From Naegleria gruberi (taxonomy: Eukaryota), in the NCBI GenBank assembly GCA_000004985.1, contig GG738891.1: a DNA stretch of 64,000 bases; one strand, 5' to 3'. A program made the translations under genes and the position numbers. This document shows positions 39,529-51,300 of the stretch, piece by piece. The notes beneath the pieces were generated by a model that made no database searches, was not told where the DNA came from, and was given only the letters and a program-made list of their open reading frames with translations. The stretch's first letter is position 1, and every line of letters starts with the position of its first letter.

Positions 39529-40851
39529 ATGGGTAAATTCGAAACTCTGAAAACTGAAAGCATTCACTCACTGCAAAGCAAGGGACTATTTAGATTCGTC
39601 ATCATCGTGATGATGAGTTTAATTATGTTTTGTTCGAATATTGTTATCGGAAAACAATATATTATTCGAAACGTGCCATACTTTTCACAACAAACAGAAT
39701 ATTCGTGTGGAGCTACCAGTTTACAGATGGCACTTTCGTATTTTGATGGAAATTTTCATAGACAAATGAAAGAAGAGTCATTGTTAAAGGAAACAGTTTC
39801 GTTTCGAATAATTTCTCAAGAATCAATTGTAGATGTTGCTAGAACTTCCAATCATACAGGAACATGTTCATTAGACGTCATTAGAAGTGCCAGATTCTCC
39901 ACCATTAGTTCAACACCAATTTCTCAATATTATTTACAATATCCGAAACAAGCTCCGATGAACGGATGGTTTGGAATTGAGAATTCCCATAATTTATTGA
40001 ACAAATCTTTGGATTCAATTTACTATTTTGGAGGATTAATGACCATATACTATCCAGAAAGAGGTTCTTATTTGAAATCTGAAAAATGTTCTGAAAAGAA
40101 GGGAGGAGAAGGAAATGTCAAATGTTGGGTAAAAGAAATGATTGAATCCTTTTTGAAATTTGACATTCCTGTCATTTGTTTAATGTTTTATGATTTGAAT
40201 GATAGTGAAGGACATTACCGATTGGCAGTTGGTTACGAAACTAAACTAGACGAAAGTGGAAATGAAATTCCAACACATATTATTATGTGGGATCCTTACA
40301 ATCGAGAAGGAAATCCTCCAATTTCTAATTTTACAATTTCAGAATTTTGTAATTTGTGGAATTATACAGAATTGAGATTTGAGAATACTTGTTATAGACC
40401 TTATTTTGGAGCTGTCATGTATCCATTGGATATTAAGGCAATGGTTAGTAGAGAGGGACATTTGATGGTTGAGTATGGACATCCGAAACACTTGGTTTCG
40501 TCTGATTTTGTTTCGAAACATGTGGAAAAGACACTAGTGATAGACAATGTGGTGGCCAAGATTCGTATTTATCAAACGATTCCTAATCAAGAAGATATTT
40601 TGAAAGAAGTGGAAAGTGTTGATTTGCAAATGAATCCTTCCAGATTGAATTTTGGACAAAATCTTTCATTTTCTTGGAAATTACCATCAAATCTCTTATT
40701 GGAAAAGAATATTCGAATCAAAATTGGAATTTATGGATTAGTTTGTGATAAAACCTTAACTTGGCTCTATGAACCAAACACGGACAAGTTTAGTCAATCG
40801 TACAAATATTGCGATCAAGTTGGAGGAACAATTTTCATTAAAACAGATTAA
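39529..40851 (+). CDS. Secreted/membrane-anchored peptidase C39-like (papain-fold, BtrH/C39_2-type) domain protein
   Basis: A 440-aa ORF with an N-terminal signal-anchor (LFRFVIIVMMSLIMFCSNIVIG). The motif VPYFSQQTEYSCGATSLQMALSYFDG matches the C39-like Q…CG..S signature, and a downstream GHYRLAVGYE supplies the His of the Cys-His dyad. The C-terminal ~150 aa are of unknown function. Confidence 0.5.
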   Translation: MGKFETLKTESIHSLQSKGLFRFVIIVMMSLIMFCSNIVIGKQYIIRNVPYFSQQTEYSCGATSLQMALSYFDGNFHRQMKEESLLKETVSFRIISQESIVDVARTSNHTGTCSLDVIRSARFSTISSTPISQYYLQYPKQAPMNGWFGIENSHNLLNKSLDSIYYFGGLMTIYYPERGSYLKSEKCSEKKGGEGNVKCWVKEMIESFLKFDIPVICLMFYDLNDSEGHYRLAVGYETKLDESGNEIPTHIIMWDPYNREGNPPISNFTISEFCNLWNYTELRFENTCYRPYFGAVMYPLDIKAMVSREGHLMVEYGHPKHLVSSDFVSKHVEKTLVIDNVVAKIRIYQTIPNQEDILKEVESVDLQMNPSRLNFGQNLSFSWKLPSNLLLEKNIRIKIGIYGLVCDKTLTWLYEPNTDKFSQSYKYCDQVGGTIFIKTD

Positions 40852-41168
40852 TCTTATTGGAAATATAATCTAAATTATTCTAAATTATTATGAAATTATT
40901 CTAAAATGATTAGAAACTATTTATATTGAAGCCATTTTTCGTAGATTGTTCTTTACAGTAGTGGCTTAATTATTATAGAAATTTGATCAATGAGATTACA
41001 AAAAAATTTGATGAATATTTATAGTAATTAAAACACATTATATTCGCTGTCATGATTTTCATTTTTTGTAAACTTGACAAAGAACCATTACATTCGTCTA
41101 ATCTCATATAATTGTGATTTTGCCTTTCGAATAGTTTAACAGTCAAAAAAATAATAACAAAATAAAAC

Positions 41169-42178
41169 ATGCAACAAGCAATGAAATTCTGGGTTCAAGA
41201 CACCAAACCAGCTTGGTTACCTGAAGGATTCCAAGTGGTAAGTTTTCATATTTCTTTCGAGATCTTTTCACACATTTTAAAGCCAACCGAAATGTTAACT
41301 CACGTTCAACAATTATGTAAAGAAGCCGAAACTGTGTATAATCAAGTCGATTTGGAAGGTAATGGCTTCTTGAGAAGAAGAGAATTCAAGAAGGCAATGA
41401 AGAGATTGGGAATTAACAAGTTTGAAGCAAGGTATGTGTTATCTTGGAGGATTAGTTAAATTTCTGACATTTTGACTTTAGACACATGTTGATCTTTGTT
41501 GACAGAGAACGTCTCAAAGTTGTCAGTATCAAAAACTACGTCAATGCCTACTTATTCATCAAGAGTGGTGGCTTGAATCACATCAATGCTGATTATCAAG
41601 GTCCACTCACTTCCTCAGTTGACCAAAGAACTCACATGAACAATACAGATCCAGGAGAACCATTCAATTTCTCTCAATTAACCAAAAGACAATTATCCAA
41701 CACTACCCAACCACTCTCATTCTTTGCTCAAAACATGTTCCAACCAATTCCTCGTCCAAAAACCATCTACGGTTACACTCAATCCATGAAAGCAGCTAAT
41801 GGAATGTATCTCTGCTCTGAAAATGGAAGAGTCATTGCGAATCGTCCAGTAGTTGGTCCATGGGAGAATTTCTTCTTTCACTCAGATACAGAATGGTCCA
41901 GTGATTGGAATTCTTATTGTGCATTGAGAACTCATTGGAATACTCTGTTGTGTTGTGAGATGGATAATTCAATTATTGATAATAGAACTGTTGCTGGACC
42001 GTGGGAGAGGTTTACTGTGGAGATTCCTCCTGGGGCTGGTGGTGGCATTAGTTGTTACAAGTCGTGGACTGGACATTATTTGACAGCTGATGCTTCTGGA
42101 AATGTTTCGTTCAGTGCAACTAGTATTGGTCCAAATGAAACATGGATTTGTAAAGTACTTAATGTTCTATATCTTTAA
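41169..42178 (+). CDS. EF-hand plus fascin-like beta-trefoil repeat protein; 3 exons
   Basis: Exon 1 is 41169..41237 (…CAAGTG|GTAAGT), intron 1 is 41238..41282 (45 nt) and exon 2 is 41283..41431. Exon 2 contains the EF-hand loop DLEGNGFLRRRE. Intron 2 is 41432..41481 (GTATGT…TTTAG, 50 nt) and exon 3 is 41482..42178, with four repeats of the form …YL.a..nG.V.A.R…GPWE.F… (KNYVNAYLFIKSGGLNHINADYQGPL; NGMYLCSENGRVIANRPVVGPWENFFF; WNTLLCCEMDNSIIDNRTVAGPWERFTVE; TGHYLTADASGNVSFSATSIGPNETWI). Confidence 0.5.
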
Positions 42179-42271
42179 AAAGTTTAATTGTAATGTAAAT
42201 ATAAATGATTTATTTTTCTTGAATGTAAACTATTTCTGTAATCACGTTTCGTTTTCTTTCATTCCAAAAAA

Positions 42272-43870
42272 ATGTCAAAAGAATGTGCAGTGGCTGATCG
42301 CGAATATTATGAAGAATCTCAACCACCAACAGTGCTAAATAATCAAAATAATGCAAAGAAACTAGACGAAAGCTTTCCACCAGTTGAATATCACGAAAAT
42401 TCATTAAATTCTTTAACACCCGATTACATTTACCTTGACGAGAACAATATCGAAAAGGATTTAATCTGTTCTCTCTGCTACCATCCCTTCATTGATCCAA
42501 TTATGCACTCAACATGTGAAAATATGTTCTGCTCCTCTTGTGTTAAAAAAGTTATTGGAAACAAGTGTCCCCTATGTAAAGGAGAGAATTTCACATCAAA
42601 TTGCTCATCTGTTCCTCGATTCGTCACCAACAAGTTGCTACAATTGAAAGTGGAATGTTCCATGTGTAAGGGAGCAGTTGCAAGAGGTGATTTGAAAGAT
42701 CATCAGGAAAAATATTGTCCTCTTCATGATGCCTATCAACAGGTGACTAAATTGAAGGAGAAACTGGAAGAGGAATGCAAGGAGAAGAAGGATGAGTTGG
42801 GAAGAAAGTTGGAAGAATTATCTGAAAGTTTAAATCTCGAATGGAGTCAAAAGAAGGATGAGTTGACCAGAGAATTTGAATCGAAAGAGGAGGAACTGCA
42901 TGAACGAATTGAATTATTTGAGAATCAAATATTGGCAAGGGAAAAACTTGAGAATGTGAACAAACCTATTCATTTAAATGTTGGTGGGACTATTCTTACA
43001 GTTTCTTTGGGAACATTTATTCATAATGAAAGAGAATCAGATAATTTATTTAAAAAAATGTTCACAGGTGAATATCCATGCTATCAAACACCTTCAAAAC
43101 AGTTTGAAGAGCCTGTGTATTATGTTGATTGTGATCCAATGATTTTCAGATACATCTTAGGATGGTTACAATATGGAAAGAACTCAATTGGGCCAAGTTT
43201 GAGTTTATCTGACATTCTTCTAGCTTGTAAGAAGTTTAGTTTAGATAATCTAGCTGTTAAATTAACCAAATCTGAATACTTTTATGAGATTTCTCAACTA
43301 GAATTCTTCAAAATGAAGAATAGCTCTCCATCCATAATTTTAAACAAATTTGACATGACTAATTTAATGTTAAGAGGTATGGATCTACAAAAATCCTCAA
43401 TTTCACTTTCACTTTTCAGGGGAATGGATTTGAGTGGAGTGAATTTTTCCAATTCTAATTTGAATGGATGTAACTTTAGTGGTTGTATCTTGGATGGAAC
43501 TAATTTTTCAAAATCCAACTTGTCAAATGCAAACATTCAAATAAGTTCATCTTGTAATTTCACTAACTGTGATTTTTCTGGTTGCTTGATTGACAAGTCA
43601 AATTTGAACAATCTTTCATTTTCAGGATCCAGTTTTAAAGAAACCAAGTTTGTGGAATTGTGTAATTTGATTGAGAATGTGACACTGAGCAAGTGCACAA
43701 TTTACAAAGTTTACTTAAATGGAAAGACGTTTAATAGAGTTGACTTTAGTGAAACATCTTTTAAAGATTGCAAGTTTGCAGATTGTACCTTCAAGAACTG
43801 TAACTTTTCAGAGACTCAATGGAAGACAAGCAAAGTAGAGCGATGTAATTTTCTGGAATGCATTCAGTAA
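42272..43870 (+). CDS. RING finger, TRAF-type zinc finger, coiled-coil, BTB/T1 (KCTD-like) and pentapeptide-repeat protein
   Basis: A 532-aa ORF. The C3HC4 RING is CSLCYHPFIDPIMHSTCENMFCSSCVKKVIGNKCPLC and the TRAF-zf-like block is …VECSMCKGAVARGDLKDHQEKYC. A coiled-coil (KLKEKLEEECKEKKDELGRKLEEL…) follows. The BTB/T1 domain is IHLNVGGTILTVSLGTFIHN…YYVDCDPMIFRYILGWLQYG. There are more than 25 pentapeptide repeats (…NFSNSNLNGCNFSGCILDGTNFSKSNLSNANIQ…DFSETSFKDCKFADCTFKNCNFSE…). The arrangement is like KCTD9 (BTB + pentapeptide) with an added N-terminal RING. Confidence 0.6.
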   Translation: MSKECAVADREYYEESQPPTVLNNQNNAKKLDESFPPVEYHENSLNSLTPDYIYLDENNIEKDLICSLCYHPFIDPIMHSTCENMFCSSCVKKVIGNKCPLCKGENFTSNCSSVPRFVTNKLLQLKVECSMCKGAVARGDLKDHQEKYCPLHDAYQQVTKLKEKLEEECKEKKDELGRKLEELSESLNLEWSQKKDELTREFESKEEELHERIELFENQILAREKLENVNKPIHLNVGGTILTVSLGTFIHNERESDNLFKKMFTGEYPCYQTPSKQFEEPVYYVDCDPMIFRYILGWLQYGKNSIGPSLSLSDILLACKKFSLDNLAVKLTKSEYFYEISQLEFFKMKNSSPSIILNKFDMTNLMLRGMDLQKSSISLSLFRGMDLSGVNFSNSNLNGCNFSGCILDGTNFSKSNLSNANIQISSSCNFTNCDFSGCLIDKSNLNNLSFSGSSFKETKFVELCNLIENVTLSKCTIYKVYLNGKTFNRVDFSETSFKDCKFADCTFKNCNFSETQWKTSKVERCNFLECIQ

Positions 43871-44463
43871 ATTGGCAAATGCAACTTCAAACAAGTTAAC
43901 CAATCTGATTGCCAATTTAAAAATTGTGCTCCAGAAGTTGTTGGACAATTCAAATCCATCACCATTACAGACAGCTCTATTTGGAAAGATATTTGTTCTA
44001 GTATTGGATTGCTTGGATTAAAACTTATTTATCGTGGAACAGTTCATGGTTTTAGTGCTTCTTCCTTCCACTCCAATTGCGATAATCAAGGACCAACCTT
44101 GACCATCATTAAATCTGAAAATGATCAAATATTTGGAGGATTTACCATTAATAATTGGAAATCGATAGAATCAAAACAGGAGCAAGATAAAAATGCATTT
44201 CTTTTCAAAATTGAAAATAGAAAATTTAACAGATTCAATATCAAACCAGAGAGGATAGATTTCGCCACATATAGCAGATTCAACAGAATGGAATTTCCAT
44301 TGACACGAATTGTAATGTGAATAATAATTCATATGCTGACTTTGGAAATACTTATCAGCTCCCTAGTGGAATGATTCGTGGAGAGGTCTCGAAAAGATAT
44401 TTGGCAGAAAGTGAGAAATTCAAAGTTGAAGAAATTGAGGTTTTCAAGTTGCTTTTAAATTGA
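43871..44463 (+). CDS. TLDc-domain coding region in the same frame as, and immediately after the TAA of, the upstream RING-BTB-pentapeptide gene; contains an internal -1 frame change
   Basis: The frame is open from the nucleotide after TAA (43868-43870): IGKCNFKQVNQSDCQFKNCAPEVVGQFKSITITDSSIWKDICSSIGLLGLKLIYRGTVHGFSASSFHSNCDNQGPTLTIIKSENDQIFGGFTINNWKS…AFLFKIENRKF…. This continues the pentapeptide pattern and then gives a TLDc N-half. The TLDc C-half (NGISIDTNCNVNNNSYADFGNTYQLPSGMIRGEVSKRYLAESEKFKVEEIEVFKLLLN*, stop 44461-44463) is in the +1 frame starting around 44290. No intron can fit in the ~20-nt switch region. Confidence 0.4.
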
Positions 44464-44824
44464 AATCTGAATCACTTAAGGGAAATCTTTAAATTTTGAT
44501 GTGGTCTTCTGGAAAATATATTCTGGCTTTCATTTTTATTTTTAATAACCTAAATTTAGAAAACTCATTTCTATTATTAGACTCTTGTAATAAATATAGA
44601 TCTCTAAAAATTCTAAAAATAATTATAATATTTTTAGAATCAAAAAACTAAAAATATATTTTCTATTAATATTATGTTAAAAATAATCACCACACTCAAC
44701 AACAAATCATCATGGGAATAATATCTTGCGGAGTGTTTCACGACCCAATTTTTTAAACAATAAACACATCATCTCAACACACAATAAAAATCACAAGATT
44801 TTTCGGAATAAGTTATGATTATTA

Positions 44825-45295
44825 GACCCTTTATACTCAGGTAAACAATTACTTTCAAATACGAGTAAAGACAATTCTTTTGAATGGACTGTAAAAAAAT
44901 TTTTTACAGAAACCTCTTATAACGTTCAAGAGTAAAGTAAACTTGAAAAAATTAATTTTATTGAAAATGGTTGGTTTTGTCATCATGATCGGAATCAGTT
45001 GTTGCACAAAACATCTCTCAAACTTATTCATAATCATCAATGCCATTCTGCTGAAGCAGATGATGAAATATTGTAACACGATAATATAGCCTATCACAAA
45101 TTATTGTGATTGTTCTTTTCATGATGAAGAAACCTTTAGAGATGGACTAGCTTTGACATTTTTTTTGTTGTTGTTTTCAAGTTTACTTTACTTTACTCTG
45201 AACGTTATAAGAGGACTCTTGAAAATAAAATTTTTTTTAATTACTGTTCAATTCAAGCCCACCACTATAAAGGGTCTATTGTAATACTCAGTCCA
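44825..45295. repeat. Imperfect foldback/inverted repeat (~120-bp arms around a ~200-bp core) immediately downstream of the giant gene's stop codon
   Basis: 44827-44950 (CCCTTTATACTCAG…GAAACCTCTTATAACGTTCAAGAGTAAAGTAAACTTG) is the inverse complement of 45170-45295 (CAAGTTTACTTTACTTTACTCTGAACGTTATAAGAGGACTC…ACTATAAAGGGTC…TACTCAG). The terminal ~38 bp are near-perfect and the middle has diverged. Confidence 0.35.
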
Positions 45296-45325
45296 TTTTA
45301 TAAGAATATAAAATATTTATTATTA

Positions 45326-48300
45326 TTATTCAAATACCAATCTCAAATCAATTTGCACTGCAGATGGAATTTCTTCTTCCTTCTTCTTCTTTCTGAATAA
45401 TTTTCTAACAGATTCCGATGAAAAATTGGACAAGACCGATATGAAGGAATGTCTAGAATTTGTTGTTGAGTTTCCATCATCATCATCACCTCCTCCTCTG
45501 CCTACGCCTTTGCCTCCTCTCACAACAGTCACTGCTCCTTCTGAATTATGATCATCACCATCATCATTATCATGACTAATTGTGATGTTGTTGCTATGAT
45601 TTGAATGTGTATCCTCCTCTCCCCTTGTTGAAGGAGTTTCTCTTGGAGTTGGTGGAAGATAAATTGTTTCTCCCTCCACAATAGGATGATCTTCATTATA
45701 TATTATTGTTGTTGTACTCGTATTATTAATAGTATTATTTAAATTAATGATAGGAACAACAGGATGAGGATGAGGATTAAAAGGCTCGATATGAAGATGA
45801 GGTTTTTCATCATCACCATTATCACTTTCTACATCGACATCAATTGCTGTTGTCATTGAAAGTGCTCTTCTTCTTCTATTCCGATGATGACGAAGAATGC
45901 TCGATTTACCACAACAATAACAACACCACCAACAGCAACAACAAAACTGCAGGCAAGGAATGGCTAGACAACATAATTCTCCATAGAAACAATAGTAGGC
46001 ATAGCAACCAATTGTTACAGAGCAACACAAAACCATAGCACCAACCACCACAGCAATGATAATGCCTATTAACATACTCTGATCATCTATATAAATCTTC
46101 TTTTGGACAATGAAGAGATTGAGTGTGGAGGAGACAAGATTGGTCATGTTGAAAGTGACAGAACATTTGCAGGTTGCCATTGTTGAATTGATAATTGTAA
46201 CTATGCAATTTGGATTATCTTCGATGGATAGTGTACTGATTGAGATTGAGGCACATGAATATGATGTATTGACCTCTTTGAAGAACAATTGACCCAAATT
46301 ACTGTCATCTTGAGTAGTAGTAGTATTCTCTAGCAGTGGAATATGGAATTCCAAGTCAATTATGGAAGATGATTTCAATAAGGCAACATCCAAATCACCA
46401 AAACCAAAAGCAATAATTTTAGATTGGAGAGAGGACTTTCTTCTAACTTTCTCAGAGAGAGTTTCTACTTTTGAGGCTAAATAATCACCAATGGAGAATA
46501 TATCATCCACCACAAGGAATGCTTGAAGGAATGGTTTGCTGGAATGTGTGGCCTTAATAGTATTATTTAACTGTACTTTGACACTTGTCAATGTTGAAGG
46601 TTCTATCAACAGCTGATGATTCGAATAGTCGTATAACCACACCAGTTCCATCACTCTTCTATAGAATGCTGCCTTCTTAAAGACTTTTGTTCTTGTCTTT
46701 GGTTGACTTCTGGCTTCTAGATGGGAGGTAAACTTGAGAGTTGTAAATAATTGTTGTGCATTTGAAGCTTGTTTGGTAAAGAATCGTTTCTCAAGGATGA
46801 ATTGGAAGGCAGAATCAATGACAGAGTCCAAACAAAAGTCAACACCCACTGGAAGTTTCAAGCTTTCATCAGCAATCACCTTAACAAGATATTTGACAAG
46901 TTGGGATAGAGCTTCTGATACTGTATTTGTATCAAGATGTTTGAAGTTATACAGAATCGAGTCTACAGTAAATGCAGCTATGGAAATGAGTTGATTATCC
47001 ATCATTATTTCTGTACCATTTGCTAACATTCTCAATAGTTGTAGATTCTTGTTTTGATATTCTGCAAAATCCTTGATGGTATTTTCACAAGCAACCCCAA
47101 CAAAACCTTCCCTACACATACAGGTATCCTTTTTCAAAATTCCACCATTCTTACATGTGAGACTTCTTGTCAATGACCTAGTATTTTCATATATTGAAAT
47201 TGGTTCAATTTTTGTGATGGCTCTATTCAGAAGGGCAGTAGAAGTTCTAGATATGGCTGCTGATTGATAGAGTGATCCCAATAGCGACTCTTCTTTTGCC
47301 TGTTTAATCCATTGTTGAGCTAAAACTTGTACTTGTGAAAAGGTTGAATATGAGCGAGTTTGAATGCTTACATTCATTGATTCTATAGTTGATGCTTGTG
47401 TGGCTGTATTGATTACCTCAAAGAAACATGTAACTGTCTCACCAATGAATGCTGTAGGAAGTTGTTTCGAATAGCCAACATCAATATTATGCATGTAAAT
47501 TTTTACACCAGACCTATCATCAATGAAACCATATCTGTAATCTAAATGATCTTCTTCACTTTTACAATTCATGCAAATGAATTCAAATTCTGTTTCTACT
47601 GCAAAACCATTCAAAGGAGTAATGGTACAATAACACATTGGAGGAGGGGAGGCAACACTGAAACTGTACTGAATCAATGAAGCAACATTTGCATTTGGAT
47701 CATAAGCTGACAGAGTAATAATATTATTGGAGCCAGCATTTAACAAACTTGGATCAATATTAATGTAATCTGAACTTGTGGAACCAACAATAACATTATT
47801 AACAATTACCGTATAATTGGTAATTAAAGATGTTCCAGGAATGAGAGAGGTCTGTAATGTTAGAGTATCACTAACAAGAAAGTATTCCTTCTTTGGGTAA
47901 ACATTAATAATGTTAATTATTGGTGGAATATACGTAAAATGGATAGTAGTCGATTTATGAATACTTCTTCCATCAGATTTAGTAACTTTAAGATCTAGTT
48001 CTAGTGATAGTGGAGGAACGGGGAAAAGAGCTGCATCAATTTTGAAGTTCGTTGACTTTTCTGAGGATAGTACTGAGAGAAACTCTAATAAGAGCTCATT
48101 GACGTTATTGTCCAAGCATGTCCATTCCCACACTTCTGTAGAGTATGCGTTGTAAACCATTTCAGGATCTGTATAATCTACATTAATTATGGTATAATTG
48201 GGTTGTGCATCAAAAGTAATTAAGTTCAAGTATAGATCTGGAGGTTTGGTGATTAAGGTTACAACTGAAACATCTTTGATGTTAGGATTGGATGGATAGT

Positions 48301-51300
48301 AGACAGATACTTGGAATTTATAGATCTGGTAACCAAATGTTTCTAAAGAGACGTAGAGGTCAGAGTATTTATCCATACTGTATCTGATTTTTGGTCCACT
48401 CAATTGAGTCCATTCAATGATTGAATTTTCTGATTTGCATGAAGATTCTGACACTATTTTCTTGATGGTAATAGGAAATTGAGTAGTTACTTTTTCAATA
48501 GTTGTTTGTGGAACATATAATGCTGGAAGAGGGCTTTCTGCTTTTGAAAATATGGAAGAATATACAGTTGAGCTATTTACAATATTTCCCACCACAAGAG
48601 AAACTAAATATTTTCCTTGTGGAAGGGTTGAATCTAGCTTAATTAATGGAGTATTGGGGAAATTGAATGGAATAATTTGGAACACATGGTCTGTCTCATT
48701 GAACAAGGTCCAGTAATAGTCAAGTGGTGTATTATTTGGAGATATACTGAGCGAGCCATCAATGATAATCTCATCACAGGAGCTATAGAATTCTGAGAGT
48801 AGATTTATGGATGCTGTTGGAGCGATAACTTTTTCATTTTCACACCAAATGCCATAATATCCATTCTCACATTGGCATTGATTGTAATCTATGCATACAC
48901 CTCTTCCAGAACAAACATTAGAATCATTCGAAAGTAGAGAATCACATCGTGTCAACTCACAATTCACACCAACATGATTACTGGTGCATGTACAATTATC
49001 AAAGCTTGAACAATTACCACGATTTGAACACACCAAAGGATTGGTATTATTCAGACCGAAACAAGAGTATTGTTCACAACTTTCACCGAAATAGCCGTCA
49101 GAGCATTGGCAAGTATCCAAATCAATGCAATTACCCTTTCCAGAGCAAACAGTTTCTTTTTCACTTGATGAAATGTTGAAACATGTGGTCAACTCACAAT
49201 TAGCTCCATGATACTTTTCTCCACATGTACAATTATTGTAGGATGAGCAAAATCCTCTACCAGAACAAACCTTTGAATCGGCATGCTCTGTTCCATTACA
49301 ATCAAAATAATTACATAGATCTCCATAAGTTCCTAATTGACAAGAGCACTTATTCACATCAATACATTGGCCATTTCCAGAACACACTGTCGAGTTGTCT
49401 TTTTCAATACCAAAGCATGAAAATTCTTTACATTCCACACCAGTATATCCTGAACGACATTTACAATCATCAAAATCAACACATTCACCTCTTCCTGAAC
49501 AAACATTTTGAGTTTCATTGCTCAAAACACCAAAACAACTTGTCACTGAACAATCTAATCCGAAATAATGTGATACACATTCGCACTCATCTGTTTCAGT
49601 ACAACTTCCGTGCCCAGAGCAAACTCTGGAATCAGTTCTATTCATTCCATAACAAGAATAATATTGGCAGTTGTCTCCGTAATATCCTTCAGAACAATTG
49701 CATTGATTGAATCGATAGCAATTTCCTTTTCCAGAGCAAACTTGAGGATTTGATGAAGATACATTGAAACACACATAAGATTCACATTCTTCTCCATGAT
49801 ATCCATGCTCACATGAGCAATTATTAGGAGAAACGCATTGACCATGACCTGAACAAGCCAATGGTTCTGAATGTTGCACATTAAAACATGAGAAATTGTC
49901 ACATTCCTTTCCATAGTAACCAGATACACATGTGCAATTATCAAAATCAACACATTCACCTCTTCCAGAACAAACACTTGAAGAATTGGAAAGTTTGGAG
50001 AAGCAAGTAGTGATGGAACAGTTCAAATCCATATAGTTCTCATCACATTGGCATTGATCCAAGCTGGAACAAGTTCCTCTTCCAGAACAAACATTGGAAT
50101 CTGAAGAATTGAATCCAAAACATGTGTAAAGTTCACAAAATTCACCAAAATATCCATATTCACATTGGCAATTATTAAATGTTTCACATGAACCATGCTT
50201 GGAACAAACTGAGCTATTGGAAGATGAAATTCCATCACAAGTAGTTTCTTGACAGAATGAACCAAAGTAATGTTCTACACATTCGCATGTGTCATGTTGC
50301 TTGCATTCACCACGTCCATTACAAACTCTTGAATCATTACTTAATAATCCCTCACAGGATGTCACTTGACATTTATCACCCCACCAATTGTTTGAGCAGT
50401 GACATGTATCGGGTCCAACACATATTCCATTTCCAGAACATGATATGTTTAAAGTTTTCGATTCATTAAAACATGAAAATTCGTCACAATTTGATCCAAA
50501 ATAATCAATTTCACATTGACATAAATTAAAATCAATGCATTGACCATGTGAGGAACAAACTAGATTGGTTTGATTCGATGGGATGGAAGCACAGGTGGTG
50601 AGTTGACATTCTTCTCCGAAATAGTTTGGTAGACAAAAGCATTCGTCAAGTTTCGAACAATTTCCTCTTCCAGAACAAACACTTTTGGTTTCAGTATGAT
50701 TAATTCCAAAGCAAGCATAATTTTCACAATCCATGCCTGAATAACCATTCTCACATTCGCAAATTTCAGATTTTAAGCATTTTCCGTGTTTGGAACAAAC
50801 TGAACTATTTAAATGCTCAATTCCATTACAATAAAATTCTTCACAATTTGATCCAAAATAACCAGTATTACAAGTGCAATTGTTAAAATCATTACAGTTA
50901 CCATTTTTGGTACAAACAGTCGAGTCATTTGACATTATTCCAAAACAAGAGGTTACGTCACATGCCAATCCAAAGTAATTTTCTTGACATTCACAATTTC
51001 CAAAATCTGAACAATTTCCTCTTCCTGAACAAACTAACACATCATTTTGAGTAATATTGTTACATGTGTAATATTGACATTCATCACCAAAATATCCAAA
51101 TTTACAAGAACAAGTATTGTAATCAATACATTTTCCTTTTCCAGAACAAGCTCGTGAACTGGAAGATATTTCAGCACCACAACTTGTCAATTGACAATAA
51201 TCTCCAAAATAGTGAGCTTGACATTTACAATTATTGTAAGAAGTACAATTTCCTTTTTGGGAACAAACAACAGAAGAATTGGTATTGTTAATGCCATTAC

